A DNA stretch of 42,117 nucleotides. Source: an uncultured Dehalococcoidales bacterium. GTDB taxonomy: Bacteria; Chloroflexota; Dehalococcoidia; GIF9; UBA5629. The translations under genes and the position numbers were made by a program. Positions 1-8,279 of this stretch are shown in pieces; the first letter of the stretch is position 1, and every line of letters begins with the position of its first letter. The notes beneath the pieces were generated by a model. That model saw nothing but the letters and a program-made list of their open reading frames with translations. It did not search any database and was not told the DNA's origin. Where the stretch lies: positions 1 through 42,117 of the forward strand of contig CAZEAR010000001.1 of assembly GCA_964510365.1 (NCBI GenBank), in the 5' to 3' direction.

Positions 1-55
1 GGACCGGCACCGGGATTATTATATCTTCGGCGCATCTTCCCGAGAAGGTCAAAGC
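1..55. repeat. Terminal direct repeat, copy 1 (identical to 42063..42117). An assembly-type overlap of a circular or circularly permuted molecule
   Basis: GGACCGGCACCGGGATTATTATATCTTCGGCGCATCTTCCCGAGAAGGTCAAAGC is present base-for-base at both window ends. The reading frame opened at 41509 runs through it without a stop. Confidence 0.95.
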
Positions 56-196
56 ACCGGCGCGAGCTCGCTGGTACTTTCAAAAGCAATTGTCCGGGAA
101 ACAGATCTAGTCGGTTGCAATAGTGAAAATGTCGGGCTTTTTAAAAGAGGCTTCGGCGGGGAGTTAAAGATATGTTTAGGTATAGAGCCGGGATAA
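2..196 (+). CDS. 3' part of the junction-spanning FemAB/BioF2-like (GNAT-fold) acyl/aminoacyl-transferase gene that starts at 41509. Positions 2..55 duplicate 42064..42117; the unique continuation is 56..196
   Basis: The frame of 41509..42117 (203 codons, no stop) continues at position 56 as TGASSLVLSKAIVRETDLVGCNSENVGLFKRGFGGELKICLGIEPG, ending at TAA 194-196. It is absent from the ORF track only because the window cuts it. Confidence 0.6.
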   Translation, partial: DRHRDYYIFGASSREGQSTGASSLVLSKAIVRETDLVGCNSENVGLFKRGFGGELKICLGIEPG

Positions 197-885
197 TAGG
201 AGCAGGCCGAGTCGGAGTAGAATTCGAAGATTGTCATGCCAGGGCATATACGGAAATAGAAGCTACTGAGTTATCGGCGATCATTGATACAGATATTGAT
301 AAAGCGATCGCCGGAGCTAGTAAATGGAAAGTTCATGTAGCCGGATCTGAATACTGGCAAGTTGGTGAGCTCGGGCTTGATATTATCAGCATATGTACGC
401 CGCCACAAACGCATTGCCGTGTATTGAAGGATATGCTCCTGGCTAATCCCGGATTAAGAGCGATCTATTGTGAAAAGCCGATCGCTATTAAATTGAGCGA
501 AGCGCGTGAAATGGTAGAATTATGCAAAGCCAATAATATTATTCTTCAGGTCAATCATCAGCGGCGTTTCGGGATTCCGACATTTTTCTATAGCCGGGGA
601 ATATTCAATACCGGAACACATATGATCGATATGCTCAGGATCTTCTTCGGGGATCCGGTAGAAATAAAAAGGGATGAATTGAAATTTGAGCGGCTTACCG
701 TAAAGCTAATGTGTATCGATACTGATAAGCATATTTTTGAATTCAAAATACCAACAGATAACCTTATAAAAAGAGGAGTCGAGCACCTGGTCAATTGTAT
801 TGACAATGACCGTCAAAGTCTATCGAGTGGTGAAGAAGCATTGAAGGACCTGGAAGTAATATGGGAACTGAGAAAGAAATCTTAA
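172..885 (+). CDS. Gfo/Idh/MocA-family NAD(P)-dependent oxidoreductase (short form, 237 aa)
   Basis: N-terminal Rossmann motif GIIGAGRVG (GxGxxG) and the family-diagnostic EKP motif in IYCEKPIA. It lies inside the sugar cassette. Confidence 0.7.
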   Translation: MFRYRAGIIGAGRVGVEFEDCHARAYTEIEATELSAIIDTDIDKAIAGASKWKVHVAGSEYWQVGELGLDIISICTPPQTHCRVLKDMLLANPGLRAIYCEKPIAIKLSEAREMVELCKANNIILQVNHQRRFGIPTFFYSRGIFNTGTHMIDMLRIFFGDPVEIKRDELKFERLTVKLMCIDTDKHIFEFKIPTDNLIKRGVEHLVNCIDNDRQSLSSGEEALKDLEVIWELRKKS

Positions 886-1394
886 TAAATCGCATATGGG
901 CTATGCCTAACAAGTGGACTTTCATCATAAAGCCTATAGCTGAATTACTCTCACGCTATGTAAGTGATGGTAAGGGATGGATTGATCCATTCGCTGGTAT
1001 GTATAGTCCGGCAGAATTTACTAATGATATCAATCCTGATAGTCCTTCTAAATGGCACATGAGAGCGTTAGACTTTATTAACGTACTTAATAACAATTAC
1101 AACGGTATATTATTTGACCCGCCATATTCTTTAAGACAAGTAAAAGAATGTTATGGAAATCATGGATTAGAATTATCATACGAAGAAACTATCACATACT
1201 TCTCTAAGTTAAAAACCATGTATGCTGAAAAAATAAAATCTACAGGAATTGCTATTACCTGCGGCTGGAATAGTTGTGGTTTCGGAAAAACCAATGGATT
1301 TAAATTGATTGAGATATTAATGGTCTGCCATGGTCGGGACCATAACGATACAATAGTTACAGTGGAACAAAAAATAAAAGGCAAATTATTTTAA
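861..1394 (+). CDS. Small DPPY-motif methyltransferase (N6-adenine/N4-cytosine DNA methyltransferase-like)
   Basis: IDPFAG (AdoMet-binding motif I-like) is followed by FDPPY (catalytic motif IV). An alternative non-overlapping start is ATG 903 (MPNKWTF...). The gene is very A+T-rich (19 G+C in 1081-1140 by hand count). Confidence 0.55.
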   Translation: MGTEKEILINRIWAMPNKWTFIIKPIAELLSRYVSDGKGWIDPFAGMYSPAEFTNDINPDSPSKWHMRALDFINVLNNNYNGILFDPPYSLRQVKECYGNHGLELSYEETITYFSKLKTMYAEKIKSTGIAITCGWNSCGFGKTNGFKLIEILMVCHGRDHNDTIVTVEQKIKGKLF

Positions 1395-1401
1395 TATCAA
1401 T

Positions 1402-2508
1402 ATGAATAAAGAAATCTTAAAAGAGATACAGCAAGTAATCAAAACGAATAAACTTTCAGGCTTCCGTGGTGATCTGGGATTAACCGAAGGCGGTCCATAT
1501 GTTCAAAGGCTCGAGCAGGCCTTTGTTGATTATTTCAAAGTAAAACATGCGATCGCATTTAATAGCGCGACGGCAGCATTGCATTCTGTTGTACCAGGAA
1601 ATACGATTGTTTCACCTTTTAGTTTTGTATCGTCCGCTTCTTGCGTATTACCTCATATTCCTATATTTGCTGATATAAATCCAATGACATATTGTGTATC
1701 TGTTGATTCAATTTTAAGTAAATTCAGATTGGATGCAGATATAAGAGCAATAATGCCGGTACATTTATTCGGCGGCGCGGCCGAAATGCTGAATATAAAA
1801 TGTATTGCCGAAGATTTCAAAATCATGGTAATTGAAGATGCAGCGCAGGCGATCGGCAGCAGGTACTACGGTAAATACCTGGGGACTTTTGGTGATTGCG
1901 GCGTTTTTTCATTTAATCAGAGCAAGCAGATCTCTTGTGGTGAAGGTGGTATGCTGATAACCAATAATGATGAAATAGCCTACAAAGCAAAGCTGAAGCG
2001 CAATCATGGCGAAGTCCTGGATCCTGATGCCCGGATTCCCGGATATAATTACCGAATGACCGAGATCGAATCGATTATTGCTTATCACCGTTTCTTGGAA
2101 CTGGACAAAATTAAATCCGAACGTCAGAAGATGGTTTTATATTTCAAGTCACTTCTTGATCAAATTCCGGGAATTTATCCGCAATGGATCAATCCAGATG
2201 TCGATTATAATTGGTATGTCTATTCTTTTACGAGTGATTTCAACAATCATGTAATAGCGGAAGCTATGACTCAGCGCGGCATACCTCTTCGCGGCGGCTA
2301 TATAACACAGCCTCTAAATACTTTGCCTATATTTGAATATCAGCCATGTATTAATTGCGAAGCGATTTGGCATGATAAAATTGTAGTAACAGATGTAATT
2401 AGTAAAAATATAACTGCAATAGATTATTTTGTCGATACGCTTGAATTGGTAATACAGGAATTAAAACATGGCAAAACTAACATCGGTACAAAGGAAAAGG
2501 CTGCCTGA
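1402..2508 (+). CDS. DegT/DnrJ/EryC1/StrS-family PLP-dependent nucleotide-sugar aminotransferase (PseC-like by context)
   Basis: VKHAIAFNSATAAL, FSFNQSKQISCGEGGMLITNN (Schiff-base Lys context, compare FSFHAIKPITTAEGG in PseC) and NYRMTEIESII. Confidence 0.85.
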   Translation: MNKEILKEIQQVIKTNKLSGFRGDLGLTEGGPYVQRLEQAFVDYFKVKHAIAFNSATAALHSVVPGNTIVSPFSFVSSASCVLPHIPIFADINPMTYCVSVDSILSKFRLDADIRAIMPVHLFGGAAEMLNIKCIAEDFKIMVIEDAAQAIGSRYYGKYLGTFGDCGVFSFNQSKQISCGEGGMLITNNDEIAYKAKLKRNHGEVLDPDARIPGYNYRMTEIESIIAYHRFLELDKIKSERQKMVLYFKSLLDQIPGIYPQWINPDVDYNWYVYSFTSDFNNHVIAEAMTQRGIPLRGGYITQPLNTLPIFEYQPCINCEAIWHDKIVVTDVISKNITAIDYFVDTLELVIQELKHGKTNIGTKEKAA

Positions 2509-2722
2509 TAGCTCATTCGCGATCGATGGAAAACAGCGGCGATATCCGATCAATGATAAATCACATGCCCGGAATGCACTTGCCAGAGTTTCACAGCATG
2601 GAACGCCTTCTGAAAAATCCAGAGTCCGCGCTGCAGTAAGGAAAAAATACCCGAGCATTGAAATTTCGCAAGACGCCGTACATGGCGCGAAGATGCAGCG
2701 GCACAGGAGAAGAGCCGGGTAA
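2468..2722 (+). CDS. Small basic phage protein (LPDSSFA...RRYPI...HARNALARV motif), function unknown
   Basis: 84-aa ORF with an AGGAA Shine-Dalgarno 7 nt upstream. From memory the motif recurs in small proteins of phage structural modules. It overlaps the aminotransferase 3' end by 41 nt. Confidence 0.55.
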   Translation: MAKLTSVQRKRLPDSSFAIDGKQRRYPINDKSHARNALARVSQHGTPSEKSRVRAAVRKKYPSIEISQDAVHGAKMQRHRRRAG

Positions 2723-2783
2723 CACCGTTAAACCCCTGTCAAAACAACCACAAGAGCTTATGGCAGGGCTGTAGGAGAAAGCG

Positions 2784-3062
2784 ATGGTTGATATTTACTT
2801 ACCAAAAAATAGAGCACTTCCGTACCGGGAGATCCCGGCACAATTTCCCGGAGATCATGCAACTATAGTAATGGATGGCGGATCACTCGATGGACACCAA
2901 TTTGAAGAGATTGAGCATAAAGTCAAGGAAGATGCAGCCGATCGATTTAAGCGTAGTGATGGCCGGTACCGCGGGCCGATTCGTGTAAGAATTACCAGGT
3001 ATATTTCCAGAACAACCGGCAAAATAGTACGCTATGTAATTGAACAAAAAAGAGAGGATTAG
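2784..3062 (+). CDS. Hypothetical protein (structural-module position)
   Basis: 92-aa ORF with an AGGAG Shine-Dalgarno upstream, tightly packed with the downstream gene. Confidence 0.5.
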   Translation: MVDIYLPKNRALPYREIPAQFPGDHATIVMDGGSLDGHQFEEIEHKVKEDAADRFKRSDGRYRGPIRVRITRYISRTTGKIVRYVIEQKRED

Positions 3063-3064
3063 AA

Positions 3065-4348
3065 ATGTCTGAAACTCAAACGCTATATGCAGTATACCGT
3101 TACGAGATCCGGCAATCTATTTCTTTAGCTGCAGGTGATCTAGTACTTGTTACCCCGGATTCCGGCGGAGCGGGAAAAACTGATCTGGTTGATGCAAATC
3201 TAGTAGAAGAAACGGATGATTATTACAAATATCACAGTCTGATCTTCTATGCCGGTGATAACATCGATCTCATTCGAACCGTTTCAGGATGGACCGCAGC
3301 TACACATACACTTGCTTTTGCTGCAGTAACCGCGCAGGTAGATACCGCGGATCTGGCGGAGCTCCACAGAAAATTCACTTCGGAACATTATAACGATTGT
3401 ATTAACCGGGCAATCAGGAGATCTTGGCGATTTTTCCATTACGCTAATGTAGATGAAACACTTCATTTGATGGCCTATAAAAAGGGCCAGGCCCGGTATA
3501 TGCAAAGAGAATATGATATTCCTTCGGGCTTCGATTACATAACAGATATATTATTTGAAAAAACTCAGCGATATGCTTTGATCGATTGTGATGAAGAATG
3601 GACCGGCGTTGATACCGATGTAACTCAGGCGGTCGATGATGATGATTATCAAGAAGGCGGCGGCTGTATAGTTTTCACAGCCGGAGCAGGGATCGGGAAC
3701 GGCGATGTAATTGCTTACAAAGATCTTTCCAGCGCGGAAGATCTTTCGATGTATAAAAAAATTAGCTTCTGGATCAAAGTAAGTACGGCCGTTGCTGCAG
3801 CGGATCTTTGCTTACTTCTTGATGATACTGCAGGATGCGTATCTGCAATTGAAACGATCAGCTTACCGGCGATAACGGCCGATACCTGGACCTTTGTTGA
3901 ATGCACTCTCGCGAGTCCGGCAGATGATACGGCGATCGCTTCTATGGGATTCGAATATAATGCGAATGCTGGCGCAAATGTGATAAAGGTCGATGATGTC
4001 CGGGCGGTATTGGATGGCCAGCCGCGTTTCGATATTCCACTTGATAAAAGATCCTGGGATATAGTTCATGCTTCGACTCCAAAAATAAAGTTCCATAATG
4101 AAGTCGGGATAACGCCTGGTAAAGCGATCAGGATAGAAGGATGGGCTCACCAGGATGTTCTCACTTCAGATGCTGATACTTGCGCGGTGCCGCCTGATTT
4201 CATAATCAACCAGGCACTCGCTTATCTATACCAAAAGACTCCTGAATATGCCGATGAACAAAAGATGGCGCAGGGATTTGCGGAAGAAGAAAGGAAGAAT
4301 ATAAAAATTTACATTCCTGCCGGTAGTAAAGCCGTTCACGAGAAGTAA
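3065..4348 (+). CDS. Putative tail/virion structural protein with a central jelly-roll/carbohydrate-binding-module-like segment
   Basis: 427 aa with a GAGAGGA Shine-Dalgarno. First large gene of the tail block; its stop overlaps the next start (TAATG at 4346-4350). Function is inferred from position only. Confidence 0.45.
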   Translation: MSETQTLYAVYRYEIRQSISLAAGDLVLVTPDSGGAGKTDLVDANLVEETDDYYKYHSLIFYAGDNIDLIRTVSGWTAATHTLAFAAVTAQVDTADLAELHRKFTSEHYNDCINRAIRRSWRFFHYANVDETLHLMAYKKGQARYMQREYDIPSGFDYITDILFEKTQRYALIDCDEEWTGVDTDVTQAVDDDDYQEGGGCIVFTAGAGIGNGDVIAYKDLSSAEDLSMYKKISFWIKVSTAVAAADLCLLLDDTAGCVSAIETISLPAITADTWTFVECTLASPADDTAIASMGFEYNANAGANVIKVDDVRAVLDGQPRFDIPLDKRSWDIVHASTPKIKFHNEVGITPGKAIRIEGWAHQDVLTSDADTCAVPPDFIINQALAYLYQKTPEYADEQKMAQGFAEEERKNIKIYIPAGSKAVHEK

Positions 4349-6141
4349 TGAGCAATAAGATCCTATTAAACGGTAAACCTATTCTCATTGATGGGAATGT
4401 TACAAAGGCTTATATCAATCCCTGGTCAACAAAACTTTCAATCGGATCCCAGGACTTCGCAGATTATCAACCGGCTTCCGTCCGGGAATATAAGGATGCT
4501 CGCGGCGGTATAGGTAAGGAATCTGAAGTAGAGGATACCGATCGGGTCGCCTGGTCCGAAAGCATGGAGCTCACGAAAGAAGGGTACTGGACTCTCGGCG
4601 CGCTCGTAACCCAGCTTGACGATTTCGAAACCCCGCCTTTGCTTATGATCGACTTCGAAGGCTATACCTATGTCTGGGGAAACAGCAAATCGGAATATAA
4701 CAACGCCGGATCCATGGCAACCGCAGATCCGAGTCCGCTGGCTAACCCGACAGATGTAATAGTCTTTCAGGATACAACCGATACATACCTGATCTACTGC
4801 AACGGAGCAGACATCCGGTACTGTACCGTTGGCTTCGGCGGGAGCCAGGACTGGGGAGCTTTATCCACGAGCAACGTCAAGTATATGTGCGCCTATGACA
4901 AAAGACTTCTCGGGGTGAACAGTACCGGTACCACGATCTATTATTCGGACCGGGATGATTGCGATAGTGCCGGCGGTGGCGCGATGGATTCCTTCAGCAT
5001 ATCCGGCCCATGGAGCGCGGCATATGATCTGTGGGCTGGAAGGGCTTTCACTTCCGATGATGATGTGATCTACATGGAAACAGATCTCGGGCTGGTTGTA
5101 ATCGATTTCTGGACTCGCGTTGCTTACCTCACCGATGTCACATGGAGCAAGACAGCCTACGCCATGCGGGGATGCTCGTGGAACGCTTCGGTTTATGCCA
5201 GCAACGGACCGGGCATTACAAAGGCGAGCCAGGGTACTTTTACTGATACCTGGGGACCGGATGCGGATGATGGTCTGCCGAGCGGATATACCGGCTATAT
5301 CTATGACATGAAAGGGCTCACCCACTGGCTGATCATCGCTGTAAGTGGCGGTACCTATTCATCGATATTGAAGAGACATAGTACTGTCGGTGGCTGGCAT
5401 CAGATCTATAGCTCCAGCAGTAATATACGTTGCATTCACCATTCGACTTTGACTTCGCCTAACCGGCTTTATTTCGGCGATGGGAATTATATCAAGTATT
5501 GCGACTTCCCGGATGTGACAAAAGATATCACTAAAGTTTCCGGATTCGATTTTGCAGCTCAGGGAGAGATCATATTACCCAGGCTGTCGAAGATTACCAC
5601 GCTTCCGAAGATCGCCGTAATGGTTGCCGCGACAACCAAAGATTGTGATATTGCCACTGAGAATCACAATGAAAAGGTCGAAATATATCTGCGCGTGAAT
5701 GAGACAGACAGCTGGGGATCCGCCGTGGGGACATTTTCTACCGATGGCAGGCCTACGCCTATCAAACTGGGGACAACTGCCGGCAAGGGTACCGCCTTCT
5801 ATGATGCTCAAATGAAACTGATATTCTATCGCGGTACAGCAGACGTGGAAGTTTCACCGGTTATTAAATCCATATGTCTTTATTTCAAGCCGAATCCCGA
5901 GCCGGTAATGTCCTATACATTCAACCTTGCAGCGCGAGGTCCAGAAGCGGCTCGGGTTATCACAAATCTTGAAACGGCTAAAAACTCGGGAACGCTGGTT
6001 AGCTTTTATCCTACAGGCGATACACGACAGACTCCCCGCTGGGTCGGAATAGAGTCCATGCCTTCGCGACAGGATCTCGATAATATCGGGAAGGAAGAGA
6101 AAATAACCGTTGTCGTTTCCGAGGTAGTCTATGCCAGTTAA
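4348..6141 (+). CDS. Putative tail (tubular/nozzle-like) structural protein
   Basis: 597 aa, translationally coupled to 3065..4348. No enzymatic motifs recognised; function inferred from position only. Confidence 0.45.
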   Translation: MSNKILLNGKPILIDGNVTKAYINPWSTKLSIGSQDFADYQPASVREYKDARGGIGKESEVEDTDRVAWSESMELTKEGYWTLGALVTQLDDFETPPLLMIDFEGYTYVWGNSKSEYNNAGSMATADPSPLANPTDVIVFQDTTDTYLIYCNGADIRYCTVGFGGSQDWGALSTSNVKYMCAYDKRLLGVNSTGTTIYYSDRDDCDSAGGGAMDSFSISGPWSAAYDLWAGRAFTSDDDVIYMETDLGLVVIDFWTRVAYLTDVTWSKTAYAMRGCSWNASVYASNGPGITKASQGTFTDTWGPDADDGLPSGYTGYIYDMKGLTHWLIIAVSGGTYSSILKRHSTVGGWHQIYSSSSNIRCIHHSTLTSPNRLYFGDGNYIKYCDFPDVTKDITKVSGFDFAAQGEIILPRLSKITTLPKIAVMVAATTKDCDIATENHNEKVEIYLRVNETDSWGSAVGTFSTDGRPTPIKLGTTAGKGTAFYDAQMKLIFYRGTADVEVSPVIKSICLYFKPNPEPVMSYTFNLAARGPEAARVITNLETAKNSGTLVSFYPTGDTRQTPRWVGIESMPSRQDLDNIGKEEKITVVVSEVVYAS

Positions 6142-6499
6142 AGAAATTGTCGGCTCAGATCTCGAAAAAAAAGTGTATGCCTGGCTTTTAAAAAGAGGTT
6201 ATCGGCCGAACATAGACTTCGCTTTTCAAACTCAACTTATCGGCCTCCGCGGTGTGCGCGAGCTCGGGGATGCGGTGGCGGATTTCCTGATCTTCAAACA
6301 AAGGCTGGTATGGCGCGTCCAGGGAGAATACTGGCATACCGGATCTCAGGAAGAAGCTCGGGATAAAATCCAGAAGGAACGGCTCGAAGGACTCGGGTAT
6401 ACCGTAATAGATCTGTGGGAACGAGATCTTACGAACAGGTTTGAATATACCATGAAACAGGCAATACAGGGAGTGCAATTGAAGCGCGATGGGTACTAG
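6131..6499 (+). CDS. Vsr/DUF559-like PD-(D/E)XK endonuclease (possible homing-type nuclease)
   Basis: ADFLIFKQRLVWRVQGEYWHT...RDKIQKERLEGLGYTVIDLWE parallels the E. coli Vsr pattern PDFV...IFxHGCFWH...RD...L...GWxVLxVWE. It is embedded between tail genes and overlaps both neighbours. Confidence 0.6.
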   Translation: MPVKEIVGSDLEKKVYAWLLKRGYRPNIDFAFQTQLIGLRGVRELGDAVADFLIFKQRLVWRVQGEYWHTGSQEEARDKIQKERLEGLGYTVIDLWERDLTNRFEYTMKQAIQGVQLKRDGY

Positions 6500-6884
6500 G
6501 ACTTACGATTGCGTTGTCGAGGATGATAAAGGCCGTCCGGTAGCCGAAGCATGGTGCCGGGCGTTCGATGTCACGGATCCGGCTAACCCTTCGCTGGTTG
6601 AAACGCAATACTCAGATGCAACCGGCACAGCTGCATTCGTGGCATTGCCGGATGATGCGCCGGTGGACATCCTGATCGTGTGGGGGAAGAATGTAAAATA
6701 CCAGCGCAATGTCTTCTCTTCCGGCGGTGAAGATATCGATGATGCCGTTGACAAAATGCACGATCAGAATACAGATCTTTATGCGAAGGGAGTTAGGACC
6801 GGCACATCTTTTCCTTCAAGTCCGATCGATGGCGAATTGTTTTACCGGACGGACACCGAAAGATTGTATAAGTACGAGGATTAA
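6489..6884 (+). CDS. Small tail-fibre-associated protein, a stand-alone paralogue of the C-terminal module of 6885..8279
   Basis: 131 aa that align end-to-end with aa 339-464 of the next protein (GRP...LP.D.PV...WG...H.QNTDLY..GV.T...LY). Confidence 0.6.
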   Translation: MGTRTYDCVVEDDKGRPVAEAWCRAFDVTDPANPSLVETQYSDATGTAAFVALPDDAPVDILIVWGKNVKYQRNVFSSGGEDIDDAVDKMHDQNTDLYAKGVRTGTSFPSSPIDGELFYRTDTERLYKYED

Positions 6885-8279
6885 ATGGCGATCACTGAGA
6901 ATGTAGCTTTAATACCGGGCTGTACGAGCGGAAGTTATTCTGATCGGAACGCAAATATAGTTTCAATCGGTAAATTCCAGGCGGATCATAACGGTACATT
7001 GCGAAAAATCAGGATGTATTCTGCTGTGGCATGTAGTGTAAAAGTGGCTATCTATTCTGATAATGCTGGATCTCCGCAAAATAGGCTTGCGAAACAGGAC
7101 TCGCCGATTGCGGTATCTGCCGGGTGGAATCAGATTGAGCTTGAAGATACATGCGGTATAACTCGCTTTACCGATTATTGGTTGGCATGTATTGTCAATA
7201 CTAATAGTGGATTCCGTATCGCTTCTACAGGCGGTACCAGGAAACGGAAGAGCGGTATAACTTTCAGTACCTGGACCTGGCCGACACCGTTCGATGCTGC
7301 AGGATATACAGATGATAATGGAAATATGTATATTCAGGGCCGCGGTGATTGGGACACATGGACTCAGGAACTTTACCCGATCACTTATATCCCGGATGAA
7401 AGCGGTCTTGATTTTATAATCAATGGTTATAGTGCGCCAAATGGAGCAGACACACAAGGGGATCCGGTAATGGCAATGAAGGAGCAAGATGCCGTCAATT
7501 ATGATGATGATTATATTCTGGGACATGGTGAAACATATTACGGATCCAGATATAGTAACGGTCGTTTCCAGATGAATAAACCTTCTTCTGATCGGGATAT
7601 TTATAGCGTTGCTTTTTGTTTTATATATTATCCGACAGGCTACGGTTATGAGCCATATTCCCGGATCTTGACACATGGATCACTTTATGGTGAATCCGGC
7701 GGATCTATTTCGAAAACTACTGAAGGGATCTGGACAACGAAAAAATATACCTGGCAGGCTAATCCTAATACCGGTACTTATTGGACTAAAGAAGAATTAG
7801 AGGATATGCTTTGCGGTTTTACCTGTCCGGGAACTTTCACCGGTCCTTATATCGATAAATTCTGGATCGAAATAATCTACGATGGCAGCGCAGCTTATAA
7901 CAGGGGATGGACCTTGATACAACAGGACCGGCGCGGACGGCCAATTTTCCTTGCTACAGCGAAAGCGAAAGATGCTGAAGATGATCAGTTATACGAAACT
8001 CGATACACTGATAATGGAATAGCTGTCTTCACTCAATTACCGAAGGATCGGCCTGTAAATGTTGAAGTGCGATGGGGATGCGGGACCGGAGCTCAATACC
8101 GGAAATATTTTAATGTCTTCGATGCTTCAGGATCCAGCCTTGCTTCGCTTGTCACCAAAGCGCATAATCAAAATACGGATCTATATAATAATGGAGTGAA
8201 GACATCAGAGCCGAGCGAGCCATTTATCGGGAATTGGTATGCCGACAGCGGCGATAAAAAATTGAGGTTGTATACATAA
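6885..8279 (+). CDS. Tail fibre/spike-like protein
   Basis: 464 aa in the tail block. The C-terminal module carries HNQNTDLY and GNWYADSGDKKLRLY motifs typical of phage fibre proteins. Confidence 0.55.
   Translation: MAITENVALIPGCTSGSYSDRNANIVSIGKFQADHNGTLRKIRMYSAVACSVKVAIYSDNAGSPQNRLAKQDSPIAVSAGWNQIELEDTCGITRFTDYWLACIVNTNSGFRIASTGGTRKRKSGITFSTWTWPTPFDAAGYTDDNGNMYIQGRGDWDTWTQELYPITYIPDESGLDFIINGYSAPNGADTQGDPVMAMKEQDAVNYDDDYILGHGETYYGSRYSNGRFQMNKPSSDRDIYSVAFCFIYYPTGYGYEPYSRILTHGSLYGESGGSISKTTEGIWTTKKYTWQANPNTGTYWTKEELEDMLCGFTCPGTFTGPYIDKFWIEIIYDGSAAYNRGWTLIQQDRRGRPIFLATAKAKDAEDDQLYETRYTDNGIAVFTQLPKDRPVNVEVRWGCGTGAQYRKYFNVFDASGSSLASLVTKAHNQNTDLYNNGVKTSEPSEPFIGNWYADSGDKKLRLYT

Noticed and set aside
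6963-7676. 237-aa minus-strand ORF
   Set aside because: It is antisense to the 464-aa tail-fibre gene within a co-directional, tightly coupled block. The product is Ile/Cys-rich, which is a composition artefact.
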